NCBI GenBank assembly: GCA_964598145.1
Contig: CAZRAM010000002.1
Location: forward strand, 403,795 to 467,794
DNA: 64,000 bases
Source of the DNA: an uncultured Pseudomonadales bacterium
Lineage (GTDB): Bacteria > Pseudomonadota > Gammaproteobacteria > Pseudomonadales > JAHEIH01
Direction of reading: 5' to 3'
Below the pieces are notes generated by a model. It did no database searches, was not told the DNA's origin, and saw nothing but the letters and a program-made list of their open reading frames with translations. Shown here in pieces: positions 30,239-39,533 of this stretch. The position numbers and the translations under genes were made by a program. Each line of letters begins with the position of its first letter. The stretch's first letter is position 1.

Positions 30239-32338
30239 ATGTTCACCAAGAAGATGATAAGCATCGCGTTACTGGCTACCTCCGGCCTGTTGCTGAGCGC
30301 TTGTGATAAACCAGAACAAGTTGCAACCACCAGTGTGGCCGCGGTGGACGAAACCGCCCCCGTCAGCAGCGATTTATACAACGATTATTTGAATCGTCCA
30401 GTCACCGATGACATTTTCTACTTCGTACTTCCCGACCGCTTTGAAAATGGCGACCCAAGCAATGATGAAGGTTCTGCCACGATTGCCGAGTCACGCGGGG
30501 GTTTTGATCCCACCGATAAGGGCTACTACCACGGTGGTGACCTAGCGGGCCTGACGGCCAAATTGGACTACCTGCAGGAGATGGGTGTGACCGCCGTGTG
30601 GCTGACGCCCATTTTGCGCAATCAAGCCGTGCAAGGTGATAGCTCGGGCTATCACGGTTATTGGATCTTAGATTTCACCCAGATTGACCCCCACTTGGGT
30701 AGCAATGCCGAGCTAAATAAGTTGATCGATACCGCTCACAGCAAGGGTATGAAAGTGTTCTTCGACATCATCGTCAACCATACCGCTGATGTGATCAGCT
30801 ATCGCGAGTGCCACAACGAAGACGGTTCATTCCGCGACCCTGAATCGGTACTGTGCCCTTTCAAAACATACGATCAAATTACCTCGGGTGATACCTATTC
30901 CCCCTTCGTTGCCAAAGGCCGTGAAAATTTGAAAACCCCCGCCTGGCTGAACGATCCACAGTACTACAACAACCGCGGCGACAGCATCTGGGTTGGCGAA
31001 AGCGTGATCACCGGCGACTTTGTTGGTCTTGATGACTTGAACACCACCCATCCACGTGTGGTCCAGGGCATGATCGATATCTACAAGGACATTATCACCG
31101 AGTTCAAACCCGATGGATTCCGCATCGATACGGTTAAACACGTTGAGATGTCTTTCTGGGAGCAGTTTGACCCCGAAATTATGGCGCACGCCAAAAGTTT
31201 GGGGATTCCCCAGTTTCACATCTTTGGCGAAGTGGCGCAGGGTGACGCGGCCTTCTTGAGTCGCTACTCCACCATCGGCAAGATGCCAGCCACACTCGAT
31301 TTCCAACACTTCTACACCGGCATCGATGTGTTCGCTAAGGGCGCTAGCCCGCAAAAACTGGTGCAATTGGTCAACGATGACGATTACTACCGCGACCACG
31401 ATAGCGACGCCAAGCTGAAGTTCACGTTTATGAGTAACCACGACAATGGCCGCTTTGGTTACTTCCTCAATACCGAACAACCCGACAGCAGTGAACAAGA
31501 AAAGCTGCAGCGTTCATTGCTGAGTCACGCCTACATGTACTTCTCGATGGGTGTGCCAGTGGTGTTCTATGGCGATGAGCAGGGCTTTACAGGCGACGGC
31601 AATGACAAGGATGCCCGCGAGAATATGATGCCCTCGCTGGTGGCCAGTTATAACGACAACAATCTACTGGGCACCGATGCCACCACCGCCGAGGATAATT
31701 TTGATCAAGATCACCCCATCTACCGCGCACTGAGCAATTATGCCGATGTGTACAAGGCGCATCCCGCCCTGCGTCATGGGGCCCAGTACGTGCGTTACGC
31801 CAGTCAAAAGGCGGGCTTATTTGCCTTCTCACGGGTGATGCCAGAGGCGCGCGAAGAGTATTTAGTAGTGTTTAATACCTCCACTCAAAACCAATGGCAG
31901 ACGTTGTTGGCGACCGCCGATCGCTACGACCCCATCTTTGGTGCCGACAAAACCCTGCAGGCAGAGGACGGCAAAGTAACCGTGGCACTTGAAGGCTTGA
32001 GCTTTGCCATATATCGCGCGGCTAGTCCCGCACCGGCGGTTGAGGATCTGAGTATTGCTGTGGCCAGTGCTCGTAACGATGTTCGCTCACCATCTTTTGT
32101 GGCGATAGACTACGCGACGGTGGCAGAAGATGACTACGCGCTGCCCTTGCTGACAGTGACGACTGAAGTGCAAACCGCCGATGGCCATTTCGAATTGGTG
32201 GCCGTGGATGACAACGCGCCATTTACTGCCAAGTTACTGCGTAGCAAATTGAACGACGAGAAGGCGACGCTGCGGGTCACCGTGGATAACCATGCGGGGC
32301 AAACCGCTGTGCAGACTTTTGATATTGACGTTCGTTAA
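30239..32338 (+). CDS. GH13 alpha-amylase-family lipoprotein
   Basis: 699 aa with lipobox LLLSAC. GH13 conserved regions DIIVNHTA, GFRIDTVKHVE, HIFGEV and FMSNHD. Confidence 0.9.
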   Translation: MFTKKMISIALLATSGLLLSACDKPEQVATTSVAAVDETAPVSSDLYNDYLNRPVTDDIFYFVLPDRFENGDPSNDEGSATIAESRGGFDPTDKGYYHGGDLAGLTAKLDYLQEMGVTAVWLTPILRNQAVQGDSSGYHGYWILDFTQIDPHLGSNAELNKLIDTAHSKGMKVFFDIIVNHTADVISYRECHNEDGSFRDPESVLCPFKTYDQITSGDTYSPFVAKGRENLKTPAWLNDPQYYNNRGDSIWVGESVITGDFVGLDDLNTTHPRVVQGMIDIYKDIITEFKPDGFRIDTVKHVEMSFWEQFDPEIMAHAKSLGIPQFHIFGEVAQGDAAFLSRYSTIGKMPATLDFQHFYTGIDVFAKGASPQKLVQLVNDDDYYRDHDSDAKLKFTFMSNHDNGRFGYFLNTEQPDSSEQEKLQRSLLSHAYMYFSMGVPVVFYGDEQGFTGDGNDKDARENMMPSLVASYNDNNLLGTDATTAEDNFDQDHPIYRALSNYADVYKAHPALRHGAQYVRYASQKAGLFAFSRVMPEAREEYLVVFNTSTQNQWQTLLATADRYDPIFGADKTLQAEDGKVTVALEGLSFAIYRAASPAPAVEDLSIAVASARNDVRSPSFVAIDYATVAEDDYALPLLTVTTEVQTADGHFELVAVDDNAPFTAKLLRSKLNDEKATLRVTVDNHAGQTAVQTFDIDVR

Positions 32339-32351
32339 AATTAGAGATGAC

Positions 32352-32379
32352 AAGGCGCCTTCAAGGCGCCTTTTTTTTA
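32352..32379 (+). terminator. Rho-independent terminator after the amylase gene
   Basis: Stem aaggcgcc/ggcgcctt with loop ttcaa, followed by a T-run. Confidence 0.8.
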
Positions 32380-32385
32380 TAAAAA

Positions 32386-33450
32386 TTACTCGAAGAGGGA
32401 TAGCTGTAAATCACTATCCGCAGGATCATCTGCCAAGCGCACACCCAAACCAAGCAATCTAACAGGCAAGGCCTTGCGCGCCAATGCTTCTTGCATCAAT
32501 AGCCGATAGTCTTCTTCGCTGGGGCGGCTGCCCGCTCGCTCCACCGTGGTGCTGGTGAAGTCGGAAAACTTCACTTTTACAAAGGCACCCTTAATACCGT
32601 ATTCATCTTTCAGGCGATCAAGGCGGCGTTGAAGGTCCTGCATTAACTCCGGGATCTTGGCTTCACAGGCTGGGCCATTGGCTAAGTCTTCAGCATAGGT
32701 GTGCTCGCAACTCACGCTCTTTCTCACCCGTTCAGTATTCACCGGGCGATGGTCGATACCGTGGGCGTAGTCGAATAGGCGCTGGGCGAAATCCCCAAAA
32801 TGCTGTTGTAGAAGCTCTAAGCCGGCGCTGCGGACATCCATGCAGGTCTGAATACCGAGGTCGTGTAACTTTTGGGCGGTAACCTTACCCACGCCGTGGA
32901 TTTTGGCTACCGGAAGTTGCAGCACGAATTGTTCGACCTGATCGGGGCGAATGACGCAGATACCATTCGGCTTGTTCCAATCGCTGGCGATCTTGGCCAG
33001 AAACTTGGAATTACTCACCCCTGCCGAAACGGTAATATCCAGTGCAGCCTCGATGCGGGCGCGGATAGCTTCAGCGATGAGCGTGGCGCTGCCGTTGTGC
33101 TGCTGGCACTCACTGACGTCGAGGTAGGCTTCATCTAACGACAGGGGCTCAATCAGGTCGGTATAGTCGGCAAATATCTCACGCATGACCAACGACGCCT
33201 CGCGATAGGCCTCAAATCTTGGCTTGACCAAAATGAGTTGCGGGCACTTGCGCTTGGCAATTGCGCTAGACATGGCGCTGCGTACGCCAAAGGCGCGCGC
33301 CTCATAGTTGCAAGTGGCGATCACTCCGCGGCGATCACTACTGCCACCCACAGCCATAGGGATACCCTTCAAACTAGGGTTGTCGCGCATCTCAATGGCG
33401 GCAAAAAAACAGTCGGCGTCGATATGGATAATCTTTCGATGTGCTGTCAC
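32386..33450 (-). CDS. dinB: DNA polymerase IV (Y-family)
   Basis: 354 aa. RKIIHIDADCFFAAIEMRDNPSLKGIPMAVGG and SLDEAYLDV are typical DinB blocks. Confidence 0.95.
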   Translation of the reverse strand: MTAHRKIIHIDADCFFAAIEMRDNPSLKGIPMAVGGSSDRRGVIATCNYEARAFGVRSAMSSAIAKRKCPQLILVKPRFEAYREASLVMREIFADYTDLIEPLSLDEAYLDVSECQQHNGSATLIAEAIRARIEAALDITVSAGVSNSKFLAKIASDWNKPNGICVIRPDQVEQFVLQLPVAKIHGVGKVTAQKLHDLGIQTCMDVRSAGLELLQQHFGDFAQRLFDYAHGIDHRPVNTERVRKSVSCEHTYAEDLANGPACEAKIPELMQDLQRRLDRLKDEYGIKGAFVKVKFSDFTSTTVERAGSRPSEEDYRLLMQEALARKALPVRLLGLGVRLADDPADSDLQLSLFE

Positions 33451-33531
33451 TCACTGTCCTTTTCAAGGAGTTGTTGCAGTCTTGTAATCATACAGATATA
33501 TTGATTTTACATCCTGTCTTGCGACACCAAC

Positions 33532-36500
33532 ATGACCACGCGCGCTTATCCGACATATTATCTCGAAACGATTAGCTCTGAACAAAGTGCTGAAGCTTTC
33601 GCTGATCATATTTTGTCCCTACGCAGTTATCTGGTCCGAATTATGGTGACTTTTACCCTGTTTGTGACAGCATGGCGGATAAATAGTGGCTTAGCTCCCT
33701 ATGCAGCCACGATGGCCACATCCTGGTTCATTAATGTTTCTGCCGTAACGTGTCTTTTTGCTTCTTTTAGCTGGCCTTTTGGTCATCCCATGAAAAATCT
33801 ATACGTTCGCTATGGGTTTTGTCTGCTCTGGTTAGTTGCCTCCTTGATGTTAATAAGCAGTGCTGGCTATGCGCCGCTATGGACTTTTTGCGCGATTTTG
33901 TGTTGCCTAATTATTGTTGGTGATGACCCCGATCACCACCAAGCATGGCGACGCTGGTTTGGAACCTTACTCGCATTTGTTGCCATCATAATTGCTTTTG
34001 TCATCCTGGCGAACGATTGGCCAGTAGATAATCCAAAGATCTTTAACCGTTGGCAAATCGCTTTTGCGGCAATTGTTGCGGTGATCTCATACGCTTGGCA
34101 TGGCATTTTTTCAAATCAAAAGTTGCTACATAATGCCGCTGACCAATCGGCCCAATGGCATCAAATGGTGCTGAGGCTGAGAAAGCATTATGCGGCCTTC
34201 GATCCACTCTTTTTGATCTTGGTAGTTACTGTCCTCGTTTTCTCACTTTCTATCAGTTCACTCATTACGTCTCCTGAGCAATCGATTTTTGTCACCATGC
34301 TAACTCAACACAAGCCGTTTAGTGTGTTGCTCTTGGTTGTGTTTGTGGCAATATTCATAGCGGCGACACGAGAGCATTGGATGAAGGCAATTTCACCATG
34401 GGTGTTTGCGGCAAGCTTCGGCCTTGCTGGTTTTATGATTTTCAACGTTGGGGTAAATCAAAATGCAGGCAACTTCTTTGCTCCTATGGGATTTTTATAT
34501 TTCCTACAGCCAAACGCCTCCCGCCAGCGCTGGTTGGTGCCTGGGCTCTACGCGTGTTTGTTATTAGTCGCGCAGAGCAAACAATTTGATGAGTATTCCC
34601 TAGAGTTTTTGTTGATTTGCTGGAGCAGTTTTTTTGCCTTTGGCGCTGTTTTCGATCAGCTGAGAATGCAACACCTCAAGCAGCTAGCGGTGTTAGAACA
34701 CTTGGATGAAGGCGTCGACGATGCATCCATTCCGGCTGCTGACGTTGATAAGATTGATCAATGGATTTTGTCAAACAAGTGGCTTGGTATTACGTCGCTT
34801 GCGTGTGTCATCATCGCCTTTGCTATGTACAGCTCCCAGCAATCGCTTATCAATACCGAGATCGATGGGTTGCATGGGCTTGTTGAAAAAGAATTGGACT
34901 ATGAAATTCGCCGCCAAACCATGCAGTTAAATTTTTTGGCGAAAGATGATGACAACGATATGTTTGACGCGTTGACTCGCCAATCAGTGTGGTGTGCAGT
35001 TTGGCGGTCATCTGAGCCTTCGGGGGTGCCAGCAGTAAGCAATTGCCCATTGGATATTGTGTGGCTGCGACAATTGTTTGATGGTGATTTAAGCACTACA
35101 TTGCCGATTTTTTTTGTTAAGGACCATCGAGTCTATATGGTGCTGCGTTCAGACCTCGATGATGCCTTATCAGTCTATGGTGTGCTCGATGTGGCGGTTT
35201 GGATAAAAGCTGCTTTACACGTCTCTCTTTTTAATCGTCCTTTTCAAAAGCAATTACTGTTTGACGATGCCATATCCGATCTTCGCTGGTCGATAGATAT
35301 AGAAACCTTGCAATTGTCATCCCTTGCGCCGTCAGTTAATTTGGATTCCTCTTGGTCGGTGCAAATACGGCCAAGCGATGAAATCAGTTCTAACTTTTGG
35401 CTTGAAACGGGGCGTTTGCTGATTATTTTTTGTTTCTTCATTGCCGGCCTACGCCATTTTTATGTAAGTCGTTACAATGTTACGCGCCTGTCCACTGATG
35501 TTGCCCAGCAAGGGCGTCAGTTGGAAGAAAATAACCGACTTAGACAAGAAATCGCCGACGCACTCTACCGCGCTGAAGAGGCCAATAAGTCTAAGGATAA
35601 TTTTCTTGGCATGATCGGGCATGAAATTCGCACCCCTCTGAATAGTGTGATGGGTATGCTGCAAGCGTTGAACTTGAAACCCTTGTCCGAGGACGCTAAA
35701 CACTTAGTTAAAAATGCCTACAGTGCCTCCACAATGTTGCTCAATCTGGTCAATGACGTACTCGATTACAATAAAATGAAGTCGGGCACACTGACACTGG
35801 CTAAGCATACTTTTGCTCTGGGGCCTTTAATTGATTTGTATCATCAGCAGTACGCGACGGCGGCATCGCAAAAAGGCCTTAATTTTAAGTGTGACATCAT
35901 AGGTGATAGAGATGTTTTCGTACTAGGCGATGATATTCGGCTGGGTCAGGTACTGACCAATTTGCTGTCAAATGCCGTCAAGTTTACTGAGAGCGGTGGC
36001 ATTTTCCTGCATGTTGAAATCACTGTAGACGGCGATGACGTAACGTGTTTATTTAAAGTTATGGATACTGGTATCGGTATCGATCAGAAGTTCCTTCCCC
36101 TGGTGTTTGAACCGTTTAAACAATACGACATGAGCATGAAGCGTGAGTACCGCGGTTCAGGGCTAGGTTTGTCCATTGTTAAACATCTTGCAGAAATGAT
36201 GCATGGACACGTTGATGTGTTCTCGAGGGTGGGGCGAGGCAGTACGTTTGTCTTCAGGGTGACACTGGCGCGAGCGTTGGAACAGCCTTCTATCGCTTCC
36301 GCAAACGAGTTGGACGTTCAAGTCCCAAAAGCCATCTATAAGGGCAAGCGTATTTTGGTGGTCGATGATGATCCTCTTAACCTTGAGGTTATTAAGGAGT
36401 TATTAGAGCCATTTGGGGTGACGGTGGATTGTGCTCAAAACTCCCGCCAGTCGTTAGCTTTTGTTAAGCAACACGCGAGTGATTACCAATTTGTATTGAT

Positions 36501-36705
36501 GGACCACCAGATGCCCGATATGACTGGCTTGGAACAAACCTATCGCCTGAGAGAGACCTACGACAGCAATACGTTACCGATCATTTTGCTGACCGCTGAC
36601 TTGTCGGAAAAAGTCTTGGATCTAGCGGAAAAGGCGGGTACTAACGAGTCGGTATCCAAGCCCATCACCTTGTCTAATCTACGTCGCTTACTAGATACCT
36701 ATTAA
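33532..36705 (+). CDS. large polytopic hybrid sensor histidine kinase/response regulator
   Basis: 1057 aa. About 10 hydrophobic helices occupy the first ~400 aa, and a further ~190-aa segment is bracketed by two helices. H-box GHEIRTPLNSV (His codon 35620-35622), N box LLSNAVKFT, G1 DTGIGI, G2 GSGLGLSI and a receiver (ILVVDDDPLN...FVLMDHQMPDMTG...SKP). Confidence 0.85.
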   Translation: MTTRAYPTYYLETISSEQSAEAFADHILSLRSYLVRIMVTFTLFVTAWRINSGLAPYAATMATSWFINVSAVTCLFASFSWPFGHPMKNLYVRYGFCLLWLVASLMLISSAGYAPLWTFCAILCCLIIVGDDPDHHQAWRRWFGTLLAFVAIIIAFVILANDWPVDNPKIFNRWQIAFAAIVAVISYAWHGIFSNQKLLHNAADQSAQWHQMVLRLRKHYAAFDPLFLILVVTVLVFSLSISSLITSPEQSIFVTMLTQHKPFSVLLLVVFVAIFIAATREHWMKAISPWVFAASFGLAGFMIFNVGVNQNAGNFFAPMGFLYFLQPNASRQRWLVPGLYACLLLVAQSKQFDEYSLEFLLICWSSFFAFGAVFDQLRMQHLKQLAVLEHLDEGVDDASIPAADVDKIDQWILSNKWLGITSLACVIIAFAMYSSQQSLINTEIDGLHGLVEKELDYEIRRQTMQLNFLAKDDDNDMFDALTRQSVWCAVWRSSEPSGVPAVSNCPLDIVWLRQLFDGDLSTTLPIFFVKDHRVYMVLRSDLDDALSVYGVLDVAVWIKAALHVSLFNRPFQKQLLFDDAISDLRWSIDIETLQLSSLAPSVNLDSSWSVQIRPSDEISSNFWLETGRLLIIFCFFIAGLRHFYVSRYNVTRLSTDVAQQGRQLEENNRLRQEIADALYRAEEANKSKDNFLGMIGHEIRTPLNSVMGMLQALNLKPLSEDAKHLVKNAYSASTMLLNLVNDVLDYNKMKSGTLTLAKHTFALGPLIDLYHQQYATAASQKGLNFKCDIIGDRDVFVLGDDIRLGQVLTNLLSNAVKFTESGGIFLHVEITVDGDDVTCLFKVMDTGIGIDQKFLPLVFEPFKQYDMSMKREYRGSGLGLSIVKHLAEMMHGHVDVFSRVGRGSTFVFRVTLARALEQPSIASANELDVQVPKAIYKGKRILVVDDDPLNLEVIKELLEPFGVTVDCAQNSRQSLAFVKQHASDYQFVLMDHQMPDMTGLEQTYRLRETYDSNTLPIILLTADLSEKVLDLAEKAGTNESVSKPITLSNLRRLLDTY

Positions 36706-36708
36706 GGG

Positions 36709-37062
36709 TTATTTACTCGCCGCCAGCAGCGATTCAAATGCACCGCCGTTGGTGACCGCGGTGTACCCCGCGTTTTGCAAGGTGGCGGTGGCTTGCCCGG
36801 AGCGGTTGCCGCTGCGGCAATACAACACCATCGGCGTGTCTTTGGGGATACCCAAGGCTTTTACGCCCTCTAAAATGTTGCTGTGGGTGATGCGCGTTGA
36901 GCCTTCGAGATGGCCCTCGCGGTACTCGGCCTCGCTGCGGACATCGATTAACATGGCGCCATCGGCGACCTTTTGCAGCGCTGCAATATGACTATCGTTA
37001 AAACTTTTGCCGCAACCGAACAGGCTCATCATCATAACACCTACCAAGGCTAGTCGTTTCAT
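36709..37062 (-). CDS. rhodanese-domain protein, probable periplasmic lipoprotein (PspE-like sulfurtransferase)
   Basis: ORF trimmed to ATG 37062 (MKRLALVGVMMMSLFGC, lipobox-like), with GGAG upstream. Single rhodanese domain with the active-site loop CRSGNRS. Confidence 0.8.
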   Translation of the reverse strand: MKRLALVGVMMMSLFGCGKSFNDSHIAALQKVADGAMLIDVRSEAEYREGHLEGSTRITHSNILEGVKALGIPKDTPMVLYCRSGNRSGQATATLQNAGYTAVTNGGAFESLLAASK

Positions 37063-37144
37063 CGGATCTCCGTGAGTATTTTTTTGTTGTGAGTTCATTG
37101 TACACTCAGCATGAAGATTAATCTTTGCTAATACAGGTCAATTT

Positions 37145-37573
37145 ATGTTTTTTGTTTCCGCGGCGTTGATCGGCATCATCGCTGTCATTCCCGCCATCAT
37201 GTGGGCGCGTCACCAACGCACTGCAGTGCTGGTAAAAGTCGCTGGATGGGGATTGATTGCCGCGGCATCTATCTATGTCATCGCGGCCTTGGGTCGTGCC
37301 GACGGGTTGTGGAAAATCATCGAGTTGATGGGGGTGGGGGCTTTTGGTTGTTGTTATTGGCTCGCCAAAAAACGTCCGCTGTGGGCATTGGCCTGGGGTT
37401 GGGGTTTGCATCCCCTGTGGGATATTTTTCTGCACTACCTTGGCCCCGGTAGCTACATCATACCGGCCTGGTACAGCATCGCTTGCGCGGTGTTTGACGT
37501 GGTCGTGGCAGCGTATTTATTTTGGCGCGACTATCAACAGCGTCACCCCGTCGAAATCGTGCGCCTTTGGTAA
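37145..37573 (+). CDS. hypothetical 4-TM membrane protein
   Basis: 142 aa with four clear hydrophobic helices and a Trp-rich loop (LWALAWGWGLHPLWD). No family recognised. The 3' end overlaps the convergent DUF2063 gene by 31 nt. Confidence 0.5.
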   Translation: MFFVSAALIGIIAVIPAIMWARHQRTAVLVKVAGWGLIAAASIYVIAALGRADGLWKIIELMGVGAFGCCYWLAKKRPLWALAWGWGLHPLWDIFLHYLGPGSYIIPAWYSIACAVFDVVVAAYLFWRDYQQRHPVEIVRLW

Positions 37574-38298
37574 CCCAACACGATCTGATCTTTGTGTAGT
37601 TGTGCCAAAATACTTTCAACGTGGGGCCAAAGACTGGCGGCATCGGTATTGGGTAAGCGCTCACAAAGTGATTGGCAGGCGGCTGCCACCGACGGGTTGC
37701 GTTGAAGATCTTGCAAGAGTTGTAAGGTGGTGGCATTGATTGCATTGAAAGCCACCTCGTGTGAGGCTTTGCGATACACCGCAACACCAAACCATTCTCC
37801 TGTCGTTGCTGGAATGTCTGCACCGGGGCTGAACTGGTGCACAGGTCTAGGGTAGAGCCCAAAGTGCACCGTGGGGTTCAAAATCACGTCAATTTGATCT
37901 TGGTCCTGTTCGTCTAGCGGCTCGCTTTCACGTAAAACCACCTCGCCGGTATGTTGATAGGCCGCCAACTCCAGCCATTCGTAGTGCATTAAATCGTGCA
38001 ACCATTCAGGGACATCATCGCGCTCTGCTATCCAGTCTAGAAAGATCTCAGGAATGTCTTTAAACAGCGGCGAGTGGTGTTCTCCCGCGGCAAAAAATGC
38101 CCTACACAGGGTATTCCATTTCTCTTCACCGAGAATGGCTGACGCTATTGGAAAGCACTGGTCGATGAAACTAGTCAGGTTGTTGTATACCAGGCGGCGA
38201 TACACTTGGAAACGTGATTCGGCCACGCCATGTGGCGCCTCGCTGTTGTTTCTTAGCGCGGCGGCGATGTCGCGCTGATAGTCAGTTAAATGAGTCAT
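37543..38298 (-). CDS. DUF2063-family protein (BufC/HvfC-type RiPP maturation partner)
   Basis: 251 aa. The N-terminal pattern (QRDIAAALRN...RFQVYRRLVYNNLTSFIDQCFP) recalls DUF2063. Its ATG overlaps the DUF692 stop (ATGA at 38295-38298). Confidence 0.75.
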   Translation of the reverse strand: MTHLTDYQRDIAAALRNNSEAPHGVAESRFQVYRRLVYNNLTSFIDQCFPIASAILGEEKWNTLCRAFFAAGEHHSPLFKDIPEIFLDWIAERDDVPEWLHDLMHYEWLELAAYQHTGEVVLRESEPLDEQDQDQIDVILNPTVHFGLYPRPVHQFSPGADIPATTGEWFGVAVYRKASHEVAFNAINATTLQLLQDLQRNPSVAAACQSLCERLPNTDAASLWPHVESILAQLHKDQIVLGYQRRTISTG

Positions 38299-39140
38299 GG
38301 TGCCAGCTTGGCTGTCTTTGCCGTGACCTGCTGCTGCAGATGCTTGATGTATTGAATCTCGGGCAGTAATTCAGCCAGCGGTGGAATGTTAAAGTCTCGC
38401 TCCAAGAGTGTGGGGAAGATACCAAACTGCTGGTAGCTGAAGTCGAGAAGTCGCCATACCTCATCAACCACCTCGGCGCCATGGGTGTCGATGACTAAAT
38501 CCTCTGCCTCACGGAAGTGACCAGCGGTATGCATGTAGACTATCCGTTCAGTGGGTAATGCTTGTAAGTACTGGTAGGGATCAAAGCCAAAGTTCACGCT
38601 GTTAACGAAAACGTTATTGATATCGAGGTGTAAGTCACAGTCGGCGGTTTCAAGAACTGCGCGAATAAAGCTCGCTTCATCCATGCTGGAGTGGGGGGCG
38701 GCCATGTAAAACGACGTGTTTTCCAAGGCGATGCGCCGTCCAAGGATGTGTTGCACACGTTGCACTCGCTGGGCGACATGTTCCACCGCCTGCTCGGTAA
38801 AGGGCAGCGGCAATAAGTCGTATAGGTGGCCGTTAGCGCTACACCAAGACAGGTGCTCACTGTAAAGGGCGATGTGGTGTTTATCTAAAAAGCGAGCGAT
38901 ATCTTCAGCGAAGGCTTCATCGAGCGGATCACTACTGCCAATCGATAGTGACAAGCCATGGGCGACAAAGGGGCGTTGTTGCAGTAGCGCGTGTAGTTGC
39001 TGTCGCTTGCGGCCGCCGTGCGCCATCCAATTTTCAGGGGCAATTTCTAAAAAGTCGATGGCGTCCGGGACGCCATCGTCGATGAGGGTGGCGAGGTGCT
39101 CCTGACGAAGTCCCAAGCCACTGCCCATTGGGTAGGTCAT
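38295..39140 (-). CDS. DUF692-family multinuclear non-heme iron oxidase (MNIO; MbnB/BufB/HvfB-like RiPP maturase)
   Basis: 281 aa. The blocks GLGLRQEHL...DFLEIAPENW...HGLSLSIGS...YSEHLSW...ALENTSFY...HLDINNVFVNSVNFG...YMHTAGH are the TIM-barrel DUF692 pattern. It starts 3 nt after the precursor stop. Confidence 0.88.
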   Translation of the reverse strand: MTYPMGSGLGLRQEHLATLIDDGVPDAIDFLEIAPENWMAHGGRKRQQLHALLQQRPFVAHGLSLSIGSSDPLDEAFAEDIARFLDKHHIALYSEHLSWCSANGHLYDLLPLPFTEQAVEHVAQRVQRVQHILGRRIALENTSFYMAAPHSSMDEASFIRAVLETADCDLHLDINNVFVNSVNFGFDPYQYLQALPTERIVYMHTAGHFREAEDLVIDTHGAEVVDEVWRLLDFSYQQFGIFPTLLERDFNIPPLAELLPEIQYIKHLQQQVTAKTAKLAP

Positions 39141-39143
39141 GGT

Positions 39144-39533
39144 TTAACCCATGCCGCCGCACTTACCTTCACCGCATTTGCCGTCTTTGGCTTTCTTGGA
39201 GTCTTTTGCACCGCACTTGCCATCGTTGCCCTTCATCGAGCCGCCGCACGAGCCGTCATGGGCTTTATCGTGGCCTTTGTGGTTACCGTGGTCATGGTTG
39301 TGATCATGGTTCATATCATGGCCATCTTTCTTGTCTTTGGCGCCCCCGCACATGCCCTCACCACATTTGCCGTCTTTGGCTTTGGGCTTGTCTTTGTCGC
39401 CGTGGTGCATGGCGACTTGATAGCCCTGTTCCATACTGGTGGCACTGAACGGACTGGTGTCAGCGCTGACGTGCATGGCGGTATTGCCCATGGCAGCAGC
39501 GATGGCGATACTGAGTGTCATTGATTTTTTCAT
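39144..39533 (-). CDS. secreted Cys/His/Lys/Gly-rich precursor peptide (HvfA/bufferin-type RiPP metallophore candidate)
   Basis: Start taken at the second ATG (39533), 7 nt after GGAG; ATG 39539 is the alternative. Sec signal MKKSMTLSIAIAAAMGNTAMHVSA. The core has six G-x-C-G sites, including two DGKCGEG(K/M)CGG blocks, and a 22-aa tract with 8 His. Confidence 0.8.
   Translation of the reverse strand: MKKSMTLSIAIAAAMGNTAMHVSADTSPFSATSMEQGYQVAMHHGDKDKPKAKDGKCGEGMCGGAKDKKDGHDMNHDHNHDHGNHKGHDKAHDGSCGGSMKGNDGKCGAKDSKKAKDGKCGEGKCGGMG

Noticed and set aside
30118-30381. 87-aa minus-strand ORF in the LRR/amylase divergent region
   Set aside because: It overlaps the amylase signal-peptide region antisense and has no RBS. 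It is most likely spurious.
33480-33495. Possible LexA box upstream of dinB (CTGTATGATTACAAGA on the minus strand)
   Set aside because: Only one half-site matches and the second half is degenerate. I kept it as a question in the findings rather than calling it a feature.
37118-37862. Several overlapping ORFs (37118-37435 minus, 37201-37452 plus, 37344-37739 plus, 37458-37862 minus)
   Set aside because: They compete with the coherent 4-TM protein (37145-37573, plus strand) and with the DUF2063 gene, which is overlap-coupled to the MNIO gene. Their translations are Pro/Arg/Gly-rich noise.
39096-39524. 142-aa very hydrophobic plus-strand ORF that looks like a membrane protein
   Set aside because: It is the exact antisense of the K/D/G/H-rich precursor gene; AAA/GAC/GGC/CAT codons read backwards give F/V/A/M. 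It has no RBS. The minus-strand reading has a signal peptide, an RBS and 3-nt coupling to the DUF692 gene.
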